A stretch of DNA of 64,000 nt from Candidatus Heimdallarchaeota archaeon (GCA_018238155.1 JABCTZ010000011.1:72454-136453); one strand, 5' to 3'. Positions 1-10,092 are shown, counted from the stretch's first letter. Program-made: numbers and translations. The notes: generated by a model not told the origin, from the letters alone.

Positions 1-877
1 CTCTGAAATCTTCCAAACCATGAAATTCCATTATCTCATCGATAATCATTTTTGCTCCTTCATTATTGTTATAGAGAAAGTCTAATTTCTCTAGAAGAAA
101 TCTGGAAGCATGTGGTATTTCTTGAATATAGGAGGAAAATGTTCGAGCAACAGCTGTAATATATTCATCAATTTGATAATCAAGCGTCATGAATTCTAAT
201 AATGGATTAGCAATGAGTTCAAATTGATCGGGAAAATTGGAAAGACTGTCAATAGCTGATTCTTTGATATCAATGATCCAATATTCGGAATATTCTGGAT
301 CAAATGTATCATTAGTAGATATTATTGATGTTCCACCATCATGTCCAGCAAAGTAGGGGTCCTCAAAATAATGTTCGTCTAGGGCAAGGATTTGAAGAAA
401 AATGGGGATAAGTGATGGGTTTTTGTCAGTATGTGAAAGACGATTTAAAATCTCAGTAGATTCATAACGCATATCCATATGATTCTCTTTGTTAAGAATA
501 ATTCGACGAGAAATTTCAATACTTCTAGCTTGAAATTCTTTCATATGATAAAGAACATAAGCTAACCGATATAAAATATAAGGACATTCAGTATCATCCT
601 TCAAGAGATTAGTAACAAAAGAGGGTATGACTTGAGCTATTTCTATGATTTTTGCAATAATAAAAACTAAACATTTTCTATTGGTAACATCAACTTCCTG
701 TTCAAGCTGGGCTAACAGGAACTCAAAAATACTGGAAATAAAATCCGGCTTTATATTAATGGTTGAATTTTCAAAATATTGGAAATCAATCGCTAAAACA
801 TCTATTCCTATTGCTTCACAAAGCTGCTCAATAATTGCATCACCTTTATCATCAAATTGTAAAACTTCATCAATCAT
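1..877 (-). CDS. Hypothetical alpha-helical (HEAT-repeat-like) protein, runs off the window edge
   Basis: Manually read open frame from ATG at 877 (MIDEVLQFDDKGDAIIEQLCEAIGIDVLAIDFQYF...) with no stop before base 1; amphipathic helical repeats; absent from the ORF track because it is truncated. Confidence 0.65.
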   Translation of the reverse strand, partial: MIDEVLQFDDKGDAIIEQLCEAIGIDVLAIDFQYFENSTINIKPDFISSIFEFLLAQLEQEVDVTNRKCLVFIIAKIIEIAQVIPSFVTNLLKDDTECPYILYRLAYVLYHMKEFQARSIEISRRIILNKENHMDMRYESTEILNRLSHTDKNPSLIPIFLQILALDEHYFEDPYFAGHDGGTSIISTNDTFDPEYSEYWIIDIKESAIDSLSNFPDQFELIANPLLEFMTLDYQIDEYITAVARTFSSYIQEIPHASRFLLEKLDFLYNNNEGAKMIIDEIMEFHGLEDFR

Positions 878-1208
878 TAGAAATCCTCACTCTTTCCTAG
901 TGTTATCTTCTTTATAAAATACTAAATGAAAGCCAAAAATTAGTGAATTGTAATATCAGACAAAGAAAGGGAAAGAATATTTCTCATTTAAATATCAAAT
1001 GACTCTTTACTCCCTTTTTCTTTTATTTCAACAATTTTGTTTCTTTTTTCCCCTTCTACTTAATATAGAAATAAAAACAAAAATATTCCAGAGCTAAGTG
1101 TTACAAACATCTTAATTACACAATCTTAAAAAATATGGGAAACGATAAAAACATGCGGTGTAGGCACAAATTTTAATAATTTCTAAGCAATCAATATTTA
1201 GTATTTAA

Positions 1209-4145
1209 ATGAGAAGGAAGTGGCTAATGATAAAGGAAATTGAAAGTAAACTTGAAGAATTTCTATCTTTTGCAAAAAAATTGTCTGGTAGAGAAAAACA
1301 AGAAGCCCAAACTTTCTTGAACCATTTATTCGAAGCATTTGGACATGAAGGGGTTATTGAGTGTGGAGCTTCTTTTGAAACCTCAATAAAAATCGAGAAC
1401 AAAACCTATTATGCAGATTTGTTTTGACCTGAAAAAGTATTAATAGAAATGAAATCAAGAGGGGAAGATTTAAACAAACATATAAGTCAAGCTAAATTCT
1501 ACTGGATAAATATCTATAAAATGCGACCTTCTTATGTCATTTTGTGTAATTTTGATGAATTTTGGATATTTGATTGGAACAAACAACCCGATCCAATTGA
1601 TAAAATACATATAGATAATTTAGTAATTAGATGGAGAGCTTTATCATTTCTTTACACTGGTGGAGATATAAAACCTATATTCAATAATGATAGAGTTGCT
1701 GTTACAGAAGTAGCAGCACAAAAAATAGCAAAATTATATTTGAGTCTAATAAAGAGAGGTGTAAGTCATGAAAAAGCTCAAATGTTTACACTTCAATGTT
1801 TAGTTTGTTTTTTTGCTGAAGATACTGGTTTATTTCCAGTCCGAGGTTTTTTCACAGAATTAATCCAAGATTGTATAAATGGAGCTAATAGTTACGATCT
1901 TTTTAAATTACTTTTTACTAAGATGAATTCAACAAAAAAAGAAACAGGAGGTAGATTTAAAGAAGTTTCATATTTCGATGGTGGTATTTTTGAAATCATA
2001 CAACCTATTGAATTAAACAAGAGTGAATTGGAAAATTTACTCGCAGTAGCTCTTCATGATTGGTCTAAAATCCAACCTGCTATTTTTGGCAATATATTTG
2101 AATCAAGTCTAAGAAAAGATGAACGTCATAAATATGGTGCTCATTATACAAGAGAATCAGACATTATGAAAATAATTGAGCCAACTATTCTGCGACCGAT
2201 TAGATTAAAAATTAATGAGGTAAAATCACTAAAAGATTTGGAGAAGATTTGGATTTCTTTAAGTAAAATGAGAATTCTAGATCCTGCTTGTGGAAGTGGT
2301 AATTTTCTCTATATAGCGTTTAGGGAACTAAAATATTTAGAACTTGATTTAATACGAAAAATGATAACTGATTATCCATCACTTGAGAAGAAAAAATTCT
2401 CTTTACAATCAAAAATTAAATCAACACAATTTTTCGGAATTGATACTAATCCTTTTGCAATAGAACTTGCCAAAATAACATTATCATTCGCAAAGAAAGA
2501 TGCAATAGATACTTTTAATGAATTCAATAATCAGCGTTTGTTGCATTATGATGGTGAGAGTCCTTTGCCTTTTGATAATCTAGATACAAATTTCATCATT
2601 GATGATGCCCTATTTATTGAATGGCCGGTTGCAGATATAATCATTGGTAATCCTCCATTTCAGTCTAAAAATAAGATGATTGAAGAATTTGGACCAGAAT
2701 ATGTGGAGAAGTTAAGAAAACAATTTCCAGATGTAAATGGTAGAGTAGATTACTGTGTTTATTGGTTCCGCAAAGCTCATAACAAGTTAAAAGAAGGTGG
2801 TAAAGCAGGGCTTGTTGGTACAAATACAATCAGACAAACTTATTCAAAAAAAGATGGGTTAGAGTATATTATTGAAAATAATGGGACTATTATAGAAGCT
2901 GTTTCCACTATGCCATGGAGTGGGGAAGCTCAAGTTCACGTTTCCATTGTAAATTGGATTAAGGGAGAGATAGATGAATCTAAGAATAAGAAATTACTAT
3001 TCTATGATGAGAAAAACCCCAATAATTTACTTGAGGAATATGATCTAGAATGGATACCTTCTTCTCTATCACAAAAAATAGATGTCATCTCAGCTAAAGA
3101 ATTGATTACAAATAAGAATTCAGGAACTTGTTACCAAGGTCAAACTCATGGACACAGCGGGTTTATTTTATCTCGACAACAAGCTAAAGATATTTTCAAA
3201 AGGGAACCTGAAGCAAGAGAAATAATTTTTCCTTACTTAATAGCGAACGCAATGCTGGGTAATATAAAATCTCGTCCAGACCGATTAGTGATAGATTTTC
3301 AATCGATGTCTTTATTTGATGCACAGAGATTTAAAACCCCATTTAAAATAGTAAAACAAAAAGTTCTACCAACAATTGAACAAAAAGCTGATGAAGAAAA
3401 GAAGTTATTTGAAAAACTAAAGAAAAAAGATACCGTTCGTCAAAATCATTTAAAGAAATGGTGGTTATTTTGGAGAACTAGAAAGGATTTAATAAATCAA
3501 ATTCAGACTATTCCAAGATACATTGCTTGTAGTCAGGTTGCAAAAAGATCAATATTTGATTTTGTCTCATCAAATATTAGACTAAATGCTGCACTAATAG
3601 CATTTCCTTTAAGTGATGATTATTCATTTGGTATTTTACAGAGTTTATTTCATTGGGAATGGATAAAAGCACGCTGTTCAACTTTGAAAGGAGATTATAG
3701 ATATACAATAACAACAATCTATAATACATTTCCCTGGCCTCAATTTGGTATTATAAACGATATTGATATTCAAGATAACTTGGATGAAAAAATTGAACTT
3801 TGTATTGATGTAGCAAATAAAGCTAGAGAATTAAGAGTAACGCGGAACAAACTAAGAGACGAAAAACATTTGTCATTAAGAGATATGTATAGAACACTAG
3901 AATTGCCTGGAGATAATATTCTAAGAAAATTACATGAAGAACTAGATAACGCTGTAAGAAAAGCTTATTCCTATGGATTAATAGATACAGAAAAAACTTT
4001 TGATCCATTAAAACTACTTCTTCAATTGAATAACGCTTGTAAACATTTTGAAGAAGAAAATAAAAACCTTATAAAACCTGGGTTGCCATTTTTCTGTAAG
4101 AAAAAAGAATTCTATTCAGATGATTGTATAAGTTATCAAATATAA
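1209..4145 (+). pseudogene. MmeI-like type IIL restriction-modification enzyme interrupted by an in-frame TGA at 1425-1427
   Basis: ORFs 1209-1427 and 1449-4145 are in the same frame and read through as YADLF*PEKVLIEMKSRG (PD-(D/E)xK motif, normally DLFWP..LIEMKS); E..EAQTF..F N-terminus; MTase motifs GAHYT, LDPACGSGNFL, IIGNPPF; C-terminal target-recognition domain (YNTFPWP). Confidence 0.85.
1449..4145 (+). CDS. N6-adenine DNA methyltransferase + TRD part of the MmeI-like enzyme
   Basis: DPACGSGNF (SAM binding) and GNPPF (catalytic) motifs intact. Confidence 0.85.
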   Translation: MKSRGEDLNKHISQAKFYWINIYKMRPSYVILCNFDEFWIFDWNKQPDPIDKIHIDNLVIRWRALSFLYTGGDIKPIFNNDRVAVTEVAAQKIAKLYLSLIKRGVSHEKAQMFTLQCLVCFFAEDTGLFPVRGFFTELIQDCINGANSYDLFKLLFTKMNSTKKETGGRFKEVSYFDGGIFEIIQPIELNKSELENLLAVALHDWSKIQPAIFGNIFESSLRKDERHKYGAHYTRESDIMKIIEPTILRPIRLKINEVKSLKDLEKIWISLSKMRILDPACGSGNFLYIAFRELKYLELDLIRKMITDYPSLEKKKFSLQSKIKSTQFFGIDTNPFAIELAKITLSFAKKDAIDTFNEFNNQRLLHYDGESPLPFDNLDTNFIIDDALFIEWPVADIIIGNPPFQSKNKMIEEFGPEYVEKLRKQFPDVNGRVDYCVYWFRKAHNKLKEGGKAGLVGTNTIRQTYSKKDGLEYIIENNGTIIEAVSTMPWSGEAQVHVSIVNWIKGEIDESKNKKLLFYDEKNPNNLLEEYDLEWIPSSLSQKIDVISAKELITNKNSGTCYQGQTHGHSGFILSRQQAKDIFKREPEAREIIFPYLIANAMLGNIKSRPDRLVIDFQSMSLFDAQRFKTPFKIVKQKVLPTIEQKADEEKKLFEKLKKKDTVRQNHLKKWWLFWRTRKDLINQIQTIPRYIACSQVAKRSIFDFVSSNIRLNAALIAFPLSDDYSFGILQSLFHWEWIKARCSTLKGDYRYTITTIYNTFPWPQFGIINDIDIQDNLDEKIELCIDVANKARELRVTRNKLRDEKHLSLRDMYRTLELPGDNILRKLHEELDNAVRKAYSYGLIDTEKTFDPLKLLLQLNNACKHFEEENKNLIKPGLPFFCKKKEFYSDDCISYQI

Positions 4146-4236
4146 ACCTAAATATTTCTAGACACTCTTTAGAATTAAATCATTTGTCTACTTATTCTAA
4201 AAAAAGAGTCTACAAGAAGGAAAAGAGAAAAGAATG

Positions 4237-4263
4237 TGGCGGACACAGTAGAATATGAATCCA
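4237..4263 (-). repeat. Degenerate copy of the tRNA-Ala 3' end (putative att site / target duplication)
   Basis: tggcggacacagtagaatatgaatcca vs 17934-17960 tggtggaccggatggaatttgaatcca, 20/27 identical, same orientation, intergenic. Confidence 0.6.
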
Positions 4264-4273
4264 AGCTCTTTTG

Positions 4274-5143
4274 TTAAATATTAAATAGATCTTTATTTTC
4301 CTTCCCTTTTTTAGTAACATATTCCCTTTTTTCTTCATTATAATAAATAGTATCAATAGGTAGTATATCTTTAGGTATTGGAGTATTTGCTACTGGATTA
4401 ATATAGAGAGTTGCTTTCTTATCAGTCAATGTAAACGCATTTAAATTTGTAGTAATTAAGATAGCACTCACATCACGATTTCTGTAAAAAAAAGTGTTAT
4501 TTTTTTCATCATATTTTCCAATTTGACCTTCAATAATTAATTGTATCTCAGATTCTTCAATTGACATAACAAATCCATAAATAGCATCCTTAATTGTTTC
4601 ATTATCAATTGGTAATCCATTAGTACAGATATTCAAAGCTAAAATGTATGGTTTATTTTGTAAAGAATATTTTGCTGGGTGTTTTTTATTTATTGCAACT
4701 CTCAATATTTCAATTGGTCTTGTTTCGTGTATCGTTAAGGAACCAACTCTTCCTTCTTTTGTTTCCTGTTGTGATTTTTTTTTACTTACTTTTGCTTCAA
4801 GATAGAATTTAGTTTGTTTCCGTTTGGCATAAAAATCTGGAGTATTTTCCTCATTTTCTATATCCGGATGAATTTTAATATCATAACCACTTAAAAATAA
4901 CATCTCATGTAAATAGAGTTCAAATAGTGCTCCTCTATGAACTCCAATTTCATTTGCGATAAATCTTCGGTAAACCTCACAATTTATATTTTCGGGAAAT
5001 CTATTAAACCATTTTTGTAATCTAAATTTGACCTTAGTAATTTCTGAACTATCTGATTCAAGTAAACAACAATACTCAGAATCATTCTTTTTCTTCTCAT
5101 TACAATTTTCTTTTCGTTCTGAATTAAATAATTTAAGGTTCAC
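4274..5143 (-). CDS. PD-(D/E)xK nuclease-fold protein
   Basis: ALFELY...TPDFYAKRKQTKFYLEAK matches the E...PD...ExK restriction-endonuclease pattern. Confidence 0.65.
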   Translation of the reverse strand: MNLKLFNSERKENCNEKKKNDSEYCCLLESDSSEITKVKFRLQKWFNRFPENINCEVYRRFIANEIGVHRGALFELYLHEMLFLSGYDIKIHPDIENEENTPDFYAKRKQTKFYLEAKVSKKKSQQETKEGRVGSLTIHETRPIEILRVAINKKHPAKYSLQNKPYILALNICTNGLPIDNETIKDAIYGFVMSIEESEIQLIIEGQIGKYDEKNNTFFYRNRDVSAILITTNLNAFTLTDKKATLYINPVANTPIPKDILPIDTIYYNEEKREYVTKKGKENKDLFNI

Positions 5144-5151
5144 TGTTTTTC

Positions 5152-5322
5152 CTAATCCTTTGGATATGATATTTCAACTTCTTTAGTTATAAATATTAAA
5201 CCGTTGTCGTCTTGTAAGAAGATTAAATCATCTCCTTTACAAAGATCTAATTTATCTCTTACTGTTTTTGGTAATGTAATCTGACTTTTAGTTGCTAATT
5301 TAGCACTTCCGAGAAATTTCAT
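5152..5322 (-). CDS. AbrB/MazE/SpoVT-family DNA-binding protein (56 aa)
   Basis: Manually translated MKFLGSAKLATKSQITLPKTVRDKLDLCKGDDLIFLQDDNGLIFITKEVEISYPKD; QITLPxxVRxxLxLxxGD signature; below the ORF-track size cutoff. Confidence 0.85.
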   Translation of the reverse strand: MKFLGSAKLATKSQITLPKTVRDKLDLCKGDDLIFLQDDNGLIFITKEVEISYPKD

Positions 5323-5392
5323 TAATTGCACCTATATAATTATTTGATTCAAGTAAAATAAACCTTTCCTTAAAATCAATTAAAAATAACAA

Positions 5393-5410
5393 TATTGGTA
5401 AAACCCAATA
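5393..5410. promoter_or_regulatory. Palindromic operator candidate in the divergent promoter
   Basis: TATTGG-N6-CCAATA between the divergently transcribed abrB-like gene and 5466. Confidence 0.4.
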
Positions 5411-5465
5411 ATTTGGGAACCCCTTAAATAAAACCTTCTCCTATATATCTATAGGTGATAAGAAA

Positions 5466-7601
5466 ATGGCTCTAGTAATAAAAAACAAGATTTCTTCATA
5501 CACAAAAGAAAACAGAGTACTCATTTATCAAAAAGAGAAAAAAATTAGAGGTTCTCATTATAGTATTTATTCGGATGGAACAATAGAGATTAGAGGAAAG
5601 CTATTGAGTAGTACTAAATTTACTATACCAAAAGATTTGTTCCAATGGTTTGAAATCTCCAATCCATCAAGGATATTTTATGTGGAAATCAAATTGTTTC
5701 CAATAAACACCTATAGTGCTGATATTAAAGCACGGTTTTTATGCGAAAAATATGGAACCTTCATTCAATTTTTGGAACAGCTAGATCTAAAGATTGGAGA
5801 ACAAGTTTTATTTAAACTTGATTTTAGAAATTCGAATATCAAACCCACTCCTAAATTCCATAAAACACTAGCTTTGTTAGAATTACATTCCTTACCCTCT
5901 ATTGAAACTCTAACTTATCTTTTTACTGGCGGTAAAGGGAATCGCGAGTTCTCTCTCTATAAAGATAACAGAAATGTTCTTTTTGTAAAGGCTAATGGGA
6001 CGCTAAGAGATGGTGGTTCAGTCTCTCTGTCACAAGAATTGGGATATTATATTGAGGATTGGTTTGAAAAAGATCATTTAGTTTACGCTTCCAAGGATAA
6101 AGAAGAAGCAAAAATAATAGAATCTAGAATAATTCGAAAAAATACTACAAGACATCTTGAAAAATGCATCTATTTTCCTTATCAAGGGAAAAGTAAACCA
6201 ATTTCATTTGTGATCTCTTCCCATGAATTTCAGTTAACAAGAGATGCAATTCAAGACTTTGATATCAAACAATCTTTAACAGAAAAAGGAATATCAATAA
6301 GTCGTTTTAAATCACATTCTCTTTTAATTGGAAATCATTGTGATTATAAATTTGAGGCTAAAATTAGAAAAATTGCTCATCAATTCTCTTCGAATTATGA
6401 TTGGTTCAATTCTCCTGAGGTTTACTTAGAATTTAATAATCAAAATTATACCATTCAAGGAAATTTCAAAACAGTTGACAATATCATTACAGAAAGAAAC
6501 CTACTAAAAATACTACTAATGGAAATAAAGACATCTGATAAAAATTTAGGAAGTGAATTAGAATATGCTATTGCGAGTATATTACACACTAAAAGCATGT
6601 TTAATCGAGACTACGTTTTTCCTATTCTTTTTATCAACCAAGATACTAAACGATTGAATGGTAGTTTAATCATAACTGAAAATTTCGGTTTCTCTTGCGG
6701 AATTATACTTATTGGTCCCGAAAAGGCATCTTCCCTTCAAGAATCTCCTCAAAAATTATTGAGTATTTTGAATGATTACACTGAAAAAATGAATATTCTT
6801 TCCAAAGAACGGTCAAAACTAATTCATCCCATTTCAGGCAATATAACAACAAATATACTTCTGCAGAAAGAGGCATATCAACTTTTAGCTAATTCAAAAC
6901 TTTCTGAAAACAAGATAATTCCTATTTATTGTTTATTAATGGGAATTACTCTTACTGATTTTTGGTTATTATATAGATATTTTAGAGAATCAATTAATAA
7001 TTGTCAAATGCAAAACCAGAGTGATTTTGGTATTCTTCAAGATGTTGAAAAGAAATCACCAAATTTAGCAATTTTTGATTATTTACATAATCTTTTAGTG
7101 GAAAAGGGCTATTTTGCTCTTTTAGCGCTAAAATCAAAGTTACCTCAAAATGAAGACTTGCACATTCTTTTACAAAATCAAGATCTCATACTTGAAAGAT
7201 TCCCAGCTTGTATAAAAATTCGTGACATCTGGAAACGAAAGAGAGGTAAGGGAACTGCTTATGAACATGAAATAAGAAAGAAATTAATTAAGAATGGATA
7301 TCAAGTAGCTTCCAATGTTATGCTTTCAAATCTTAGTAAACCATTTGAAGTTGACCACTTAGCTTTTAAGAATAACGCAATTACTCTTGTAAGCTGTAAA
7401 GATAGACGAAATATATCTTATGAACCAGATCTTCCACATTTGATAAGAGAAGCAGCAAACGTTCTTGAGTTTCGCAAAAACCTTCTTAATATTGATACTG
7501 CAATTCTTTATGTAAAAGTCAACCCCAACTTCTTTCACAATCAACAATTACTGTTTGGACAGAAACCTTGGGTCAAAAATGTTGAAATAATAATTGAATG
7601 A
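5466..7601 (+). CDS. Large protein with two PD-(D/E)xK nuclease-like domains
   Basis: Internal KFEAKIR...TVDNII...LLMEIKTS and C-terminal GTAYEHEIRKKL...FEVDHLAF...LVSCKD (Mrr/NERD-like). Confidence 0.6.
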   Translation: MALVIKNKISSYTKENRVLIYQKEKKIRGSHYSIYSDGTIEIRGKLLSSTKFTIPKDLFQWFEISNPSRIFYVEIKLFPINTYSADIKARFLCEKYGTFIQFLEQLDLKIGEQVLFKLDFRNSNIKPTPKFHKTLALLELHSLPSIETLTYLFTGGKGNREFSLYKDNRNVLFVKANGTLRDGGSVSLSQELGYYIEDWFEKDHLVYASKDKEEAKIIESRIIRKNTTRHLEKCIYFPYQGKSKPISFVISSHEFQLTRDAIQDFDIKQSLTEKGISISRFKSHSLLIGNHCDYKFEAKIRKIAHQFSSNYDWFNSPEVYLEFNNQNYTIQGNFKTVDNIITERNLLKILLMEIKTSDKNLGSELEYAIASILHTKSMFNRDYVFPILFINQDTKRLNGSLIITENFGFSCGIILIGPEKASSLQESPQKLLSILNDYTEKMNILSKERSKLIHPISGNITTNILLQKEAYQLLANSKLSENKIIPIYCLLMGITLTDFWLLYRYFRESINNCQMQNQSDFGILQDVEKKSPNLAIFDYLHNLLVEKGYFALLALKSKLPQNEDLHILLQNQDLILERFPACIKIRDIWKRKRGKGTAYEHEIRKKLIKNGYQVASNVMLSNLSKPFEVDHLAFKNNAITLVSCKDRRNISYEPDLPHLIREAANVLEFRKNLLNIDTAILYVKVNPNFFHNQQLLFGQKPWVKNVEIIIE

Positions 7602-8050
7602 GAGTTAACTATATGAAACAAGATGTTCCTTTACTTGAAAGTTTATTCGGAACAAGTGATTTACCAACAATTGAAAAATATCTAACAGATGTAGAAGAAG
7701 AAACTAGAGCCAAAGCAATATGGGCATTAACGAAATTTTCTGTGGGGATAACTTTTGAACAAGTTAGAGAAGAATTAATATCTGCAAAAAAAGACCGAAC
7801 AAGGATTTTTCTAGCGGGAGCTTTATACCTTCTAAATTCTTCTTATCAATCACGAGAAATGATTTTCCTTTCCAAATATTATTTACAACATTATTTTGAT
7901 GTAGAAAAAGAAGAGTTAAAAGTTGATTTTACAGGAGATTATGGACGTTCAGCAATAGTCATAGGACTTATTCTCTGGGATGTGGGATATGAAATATTTG
8001 CAACAAATACCTTGGACTTTTACGGTTTAAATTGGCTAATTGAAAAATAA
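7598..8050 (+). CDS. Hypothetical HEAT-repeat-like protein
   Basis: ATGA overlap with the upstream gene; LTDVEEETRAKAIWALTKF resembles a HEAT unit. Confidence 0.55.
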   Translation: MRVNYMKQDVPLLESLFGTSDLPTIEKYLTDVEEETRAKAIWALTKFSVGITFEQVREELISAKKDRTRIFLAGALYLLNSSYQSREMIFLSKYYLQHYFDVEKEELKVDFTGDYGRSAIVIGLILWDVGYEIFATNTLDFYGLNWLIEK

Positions 8051-8102
8051 ACAGTTTTTCTTTTTCAATATCTGTTTTTGAAGTGGAGAATATAACACTA
8101 GA

Positions 8103-9737
8103 TTGGAAGTACATTTTGAAATGAACCAACAAAACTTTCTCACCTGGAAAACTGATCCATTTCTTATAGATCCAATACCCACAAGGAAAAATGATTGGTT
8201 AACTGCGAATAAGCTATTAGAACAAAAAGAGCAGTCAAAAATTTTCCTCAAAAATGATATCCTCAACCTTTATTCCATAATGGTTCGCAAAAACGATTTT
8301 CTTGCCGGAGAACGCCTTATTCAACGATTGCCTTATGTCTCTTTACCACCTGATTTAGCTTCTAGTTTGCGTAAACCGTCACTAAAATTAGCTGAGAGAT
8401 GCCATTACTATTTTCAAGATACTGCTATCAATTATTCTATCAAGAAGTGGCAGCAAAAGATTATTGATTATACGGAGAAGCAGCATCGACTACCATTTCC
8501 TTTATTTAGGATGAGTGATTTCTGGCAAGACTTTCTAATGCAAAAGTACGTTCCCTTCCAATCTGCACGAGGAGAAACCTTCCATTTACCAACTATTCTC
8601 TCTAAAGATTTAGCTTATTTCTTAGGAGTAGTTATTGGCGATGGTCATTTGAACTATTATAATATCGAATTAGTGGACTTTTCCCAAGAGCACACGATTA
8701 TGTTACAAAAATTAGCCATGAAATTATTTGGTATTGAGGGTGCAATTTCTGGTGAGAAAAAAGTGTGGTTGTTACATTTGAATAATAAATGGCTTGTACG
8801 GTTAGCTAATTTCCTAACGGATCAACCAATTACCGGGAAAAAATACCATGCTTTACGCGAACCACTTATTTTTACGTCGGATGAGAATCTTCGATGGGAA
8901 TTCTGGAATGGAGTATTAGATGCAGATGGCAGCTATAAATCACAGATCAATTTCTGTTCTTCATCAAAAAAATTCATAGAAGCATTTGGCTCATTTCTAG
9001 ATTCATACAATTTTGACTATAAAATACGAGAATTAACCTCTGACTTGGGGAATGGTTATTCTTTAAATATTAAAGCGAAACATAAACATTTTTTTAGCCA
9101 ATTCATACAACCAAGACATCCAATAAAGCAAGAAGATTTTTCACAGCACTTAAATCGTCAATCAAACAAAAATCTCAATAATCCTACATTCAAGCGTATG
9201 TATATTAAAGATATTAATCCTCAGACACTAGTTACTATTAATGATACTGCTTTTTTTAATTTCGAACTCATACCTATGCTCAATGTCACAAATTGCACCA
9301 GCTATTTACGAAAGTCTCGTGAAACTAACCAATGGACACAGCAAGATTTAGCTAATTTTCTAGAAATTCAAAAAGGACGATTAGCAGCATATGAATACAC
9401 CGGAAATCTCCCTATTGCTTATCTTGTCAAACTTCTTCCAATTATCCCTAAGAGTACTCCTCATTTAATGCTATTTCTAAAACGGAACAAACATAATTAT
9501 TTTCGTTCACGAAAAACAATTGCTAAGTTAGATCTAGAACCAACTAGTAGTTTGCTTTCTTTAATGAAATCATTAGTGTTCTGTAAGGATTATATTACGA
9601 TTAAAAATAAAAGACCAATTATTACTGAATTGAAAGACCAATTTGAAATAGAAATTGTGAAAAAGAATCTAATTAAAAATTCGGTTTTGCATCGATTTAT
9701 TAAAACATTTTTTTTGCTGAGTACAGAACGAGAATAA
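8103..9737 (+). CDS. Stand-alone double-motif LAGLIDADG endonuclease-like protein with XRE-type HTH
   Basis: LAYFLGVVIGDG and FWNGVLDADG motifs; LRKSRETNQWTQQDLANFLEIQKGRLAAYE HTH; likely start 8121. Confidence 0.85.
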   Translation: MEVHFEMNQQNFLTWKTDPFLIDPIPTRKNDWLTANKLLEQKEQSKIFLKNDILNLYSIMVRKNDFLAGERLIQRLPYVSLPPDLASSLRKPSLKLAERCHYYFQDTAINYSIKKWQQKIIDYTEKQHRLPFPLFRMSDFWQDFLMQKYVPFQSARGETFHLPTILSKDLAYFLGVVIGDGHLNYYNIELVDFSQEHTIMLQKLAMKLFGIEGAISGEKKVWLLHLNNKWLVRLANFLTDQPITGKKYHALREPLIFTSDENLRWEFWNGVLDADGSYKSQINFCSSSKKFIEAFGSFLDSYNFDYKIRELTSDLGNGYSLNIKAKHKHFFSQFIQPRHPIKQEDFSQHLNRQSNKNLNNPTFKRMYIKDINPQTLVTINDTAFFNFELIPMLNVTNCTSYLRKSRETNQWTQQDLANFLEIQKGRLAAYEYTGNLPIAYLVKLLPIIPKSTPHLMLFLKRNKHNYFRSRKTIAKLDLEPTSSLLSLMKSLVFCKDYITIKNKRPIITELKDQFEIEIVKKNLIKNSVLHRFIKTFFLLSTERE

Positions 9738-9797
9738 TGTTTAGAGATGGTTAAGAGTTCCTCTGTCATTTTGAAAAATTGAAGTATTTTGGAAATG

Positions 9798-9919
9798 CTC
9801 TCACAGCTCAGAAGTGAGAGTGAATGTTCTTGACCAAAACTCTATCGCTGAACGCTCCACTCGTGCGACCTAAAAGCCCACGCTTCGGTGGTCTTTTTTA
9901 ACGGTCGTCTTCGACACGA
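9798..9919 (+). ncRNA. Candidate structured RNA or DNA element
   Basis: GC-rich patch with nested stems CTCTCAC/GTGAGAG, TCGTG/CACGA, CGACC/GGTCG, AAAAG/CTTTT and a C(TTCG)G loop. Confidence 0.4.
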
Positions 9920-10092
9920 AAACCAGAGAGAAATCAAAGAGATGATTTTGTCGTGAAAAAATACCCAAGAAAGAACATGAAAATAGGAAAAAAAGCAGAA
10001 AAAGAGATTCTAAAGGGACTTAGAATAACCTTCCGCTATACAAAAAGAAGCCTTCTCCTGCCTTATTTTCAGGCTGATTTTTCGAGACTTTT

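Noticed and set aside
645-917. 90-aa plus-strand ORF
   Set aside because: Antisense shadow of the longer minus-strand ORF starting at 877
1425-1427. Selenocysteine or genome-wide UGA recoding
   Set aside because: The position corresponds to Trp, not Cys; core genes use TGA as stop and TGG for Trp
4295-4311. Possible terminal inverted repeat (ATTTTCCTTCCCTTTTT vs the reverse complement of 17917-17933, 16/17)
   Set aside because: Low-complexity sequence encoding KKGK/KKGR in two gene ends, and about 30 nt away from the att copy rather than abutting it; not accepted without comparative data
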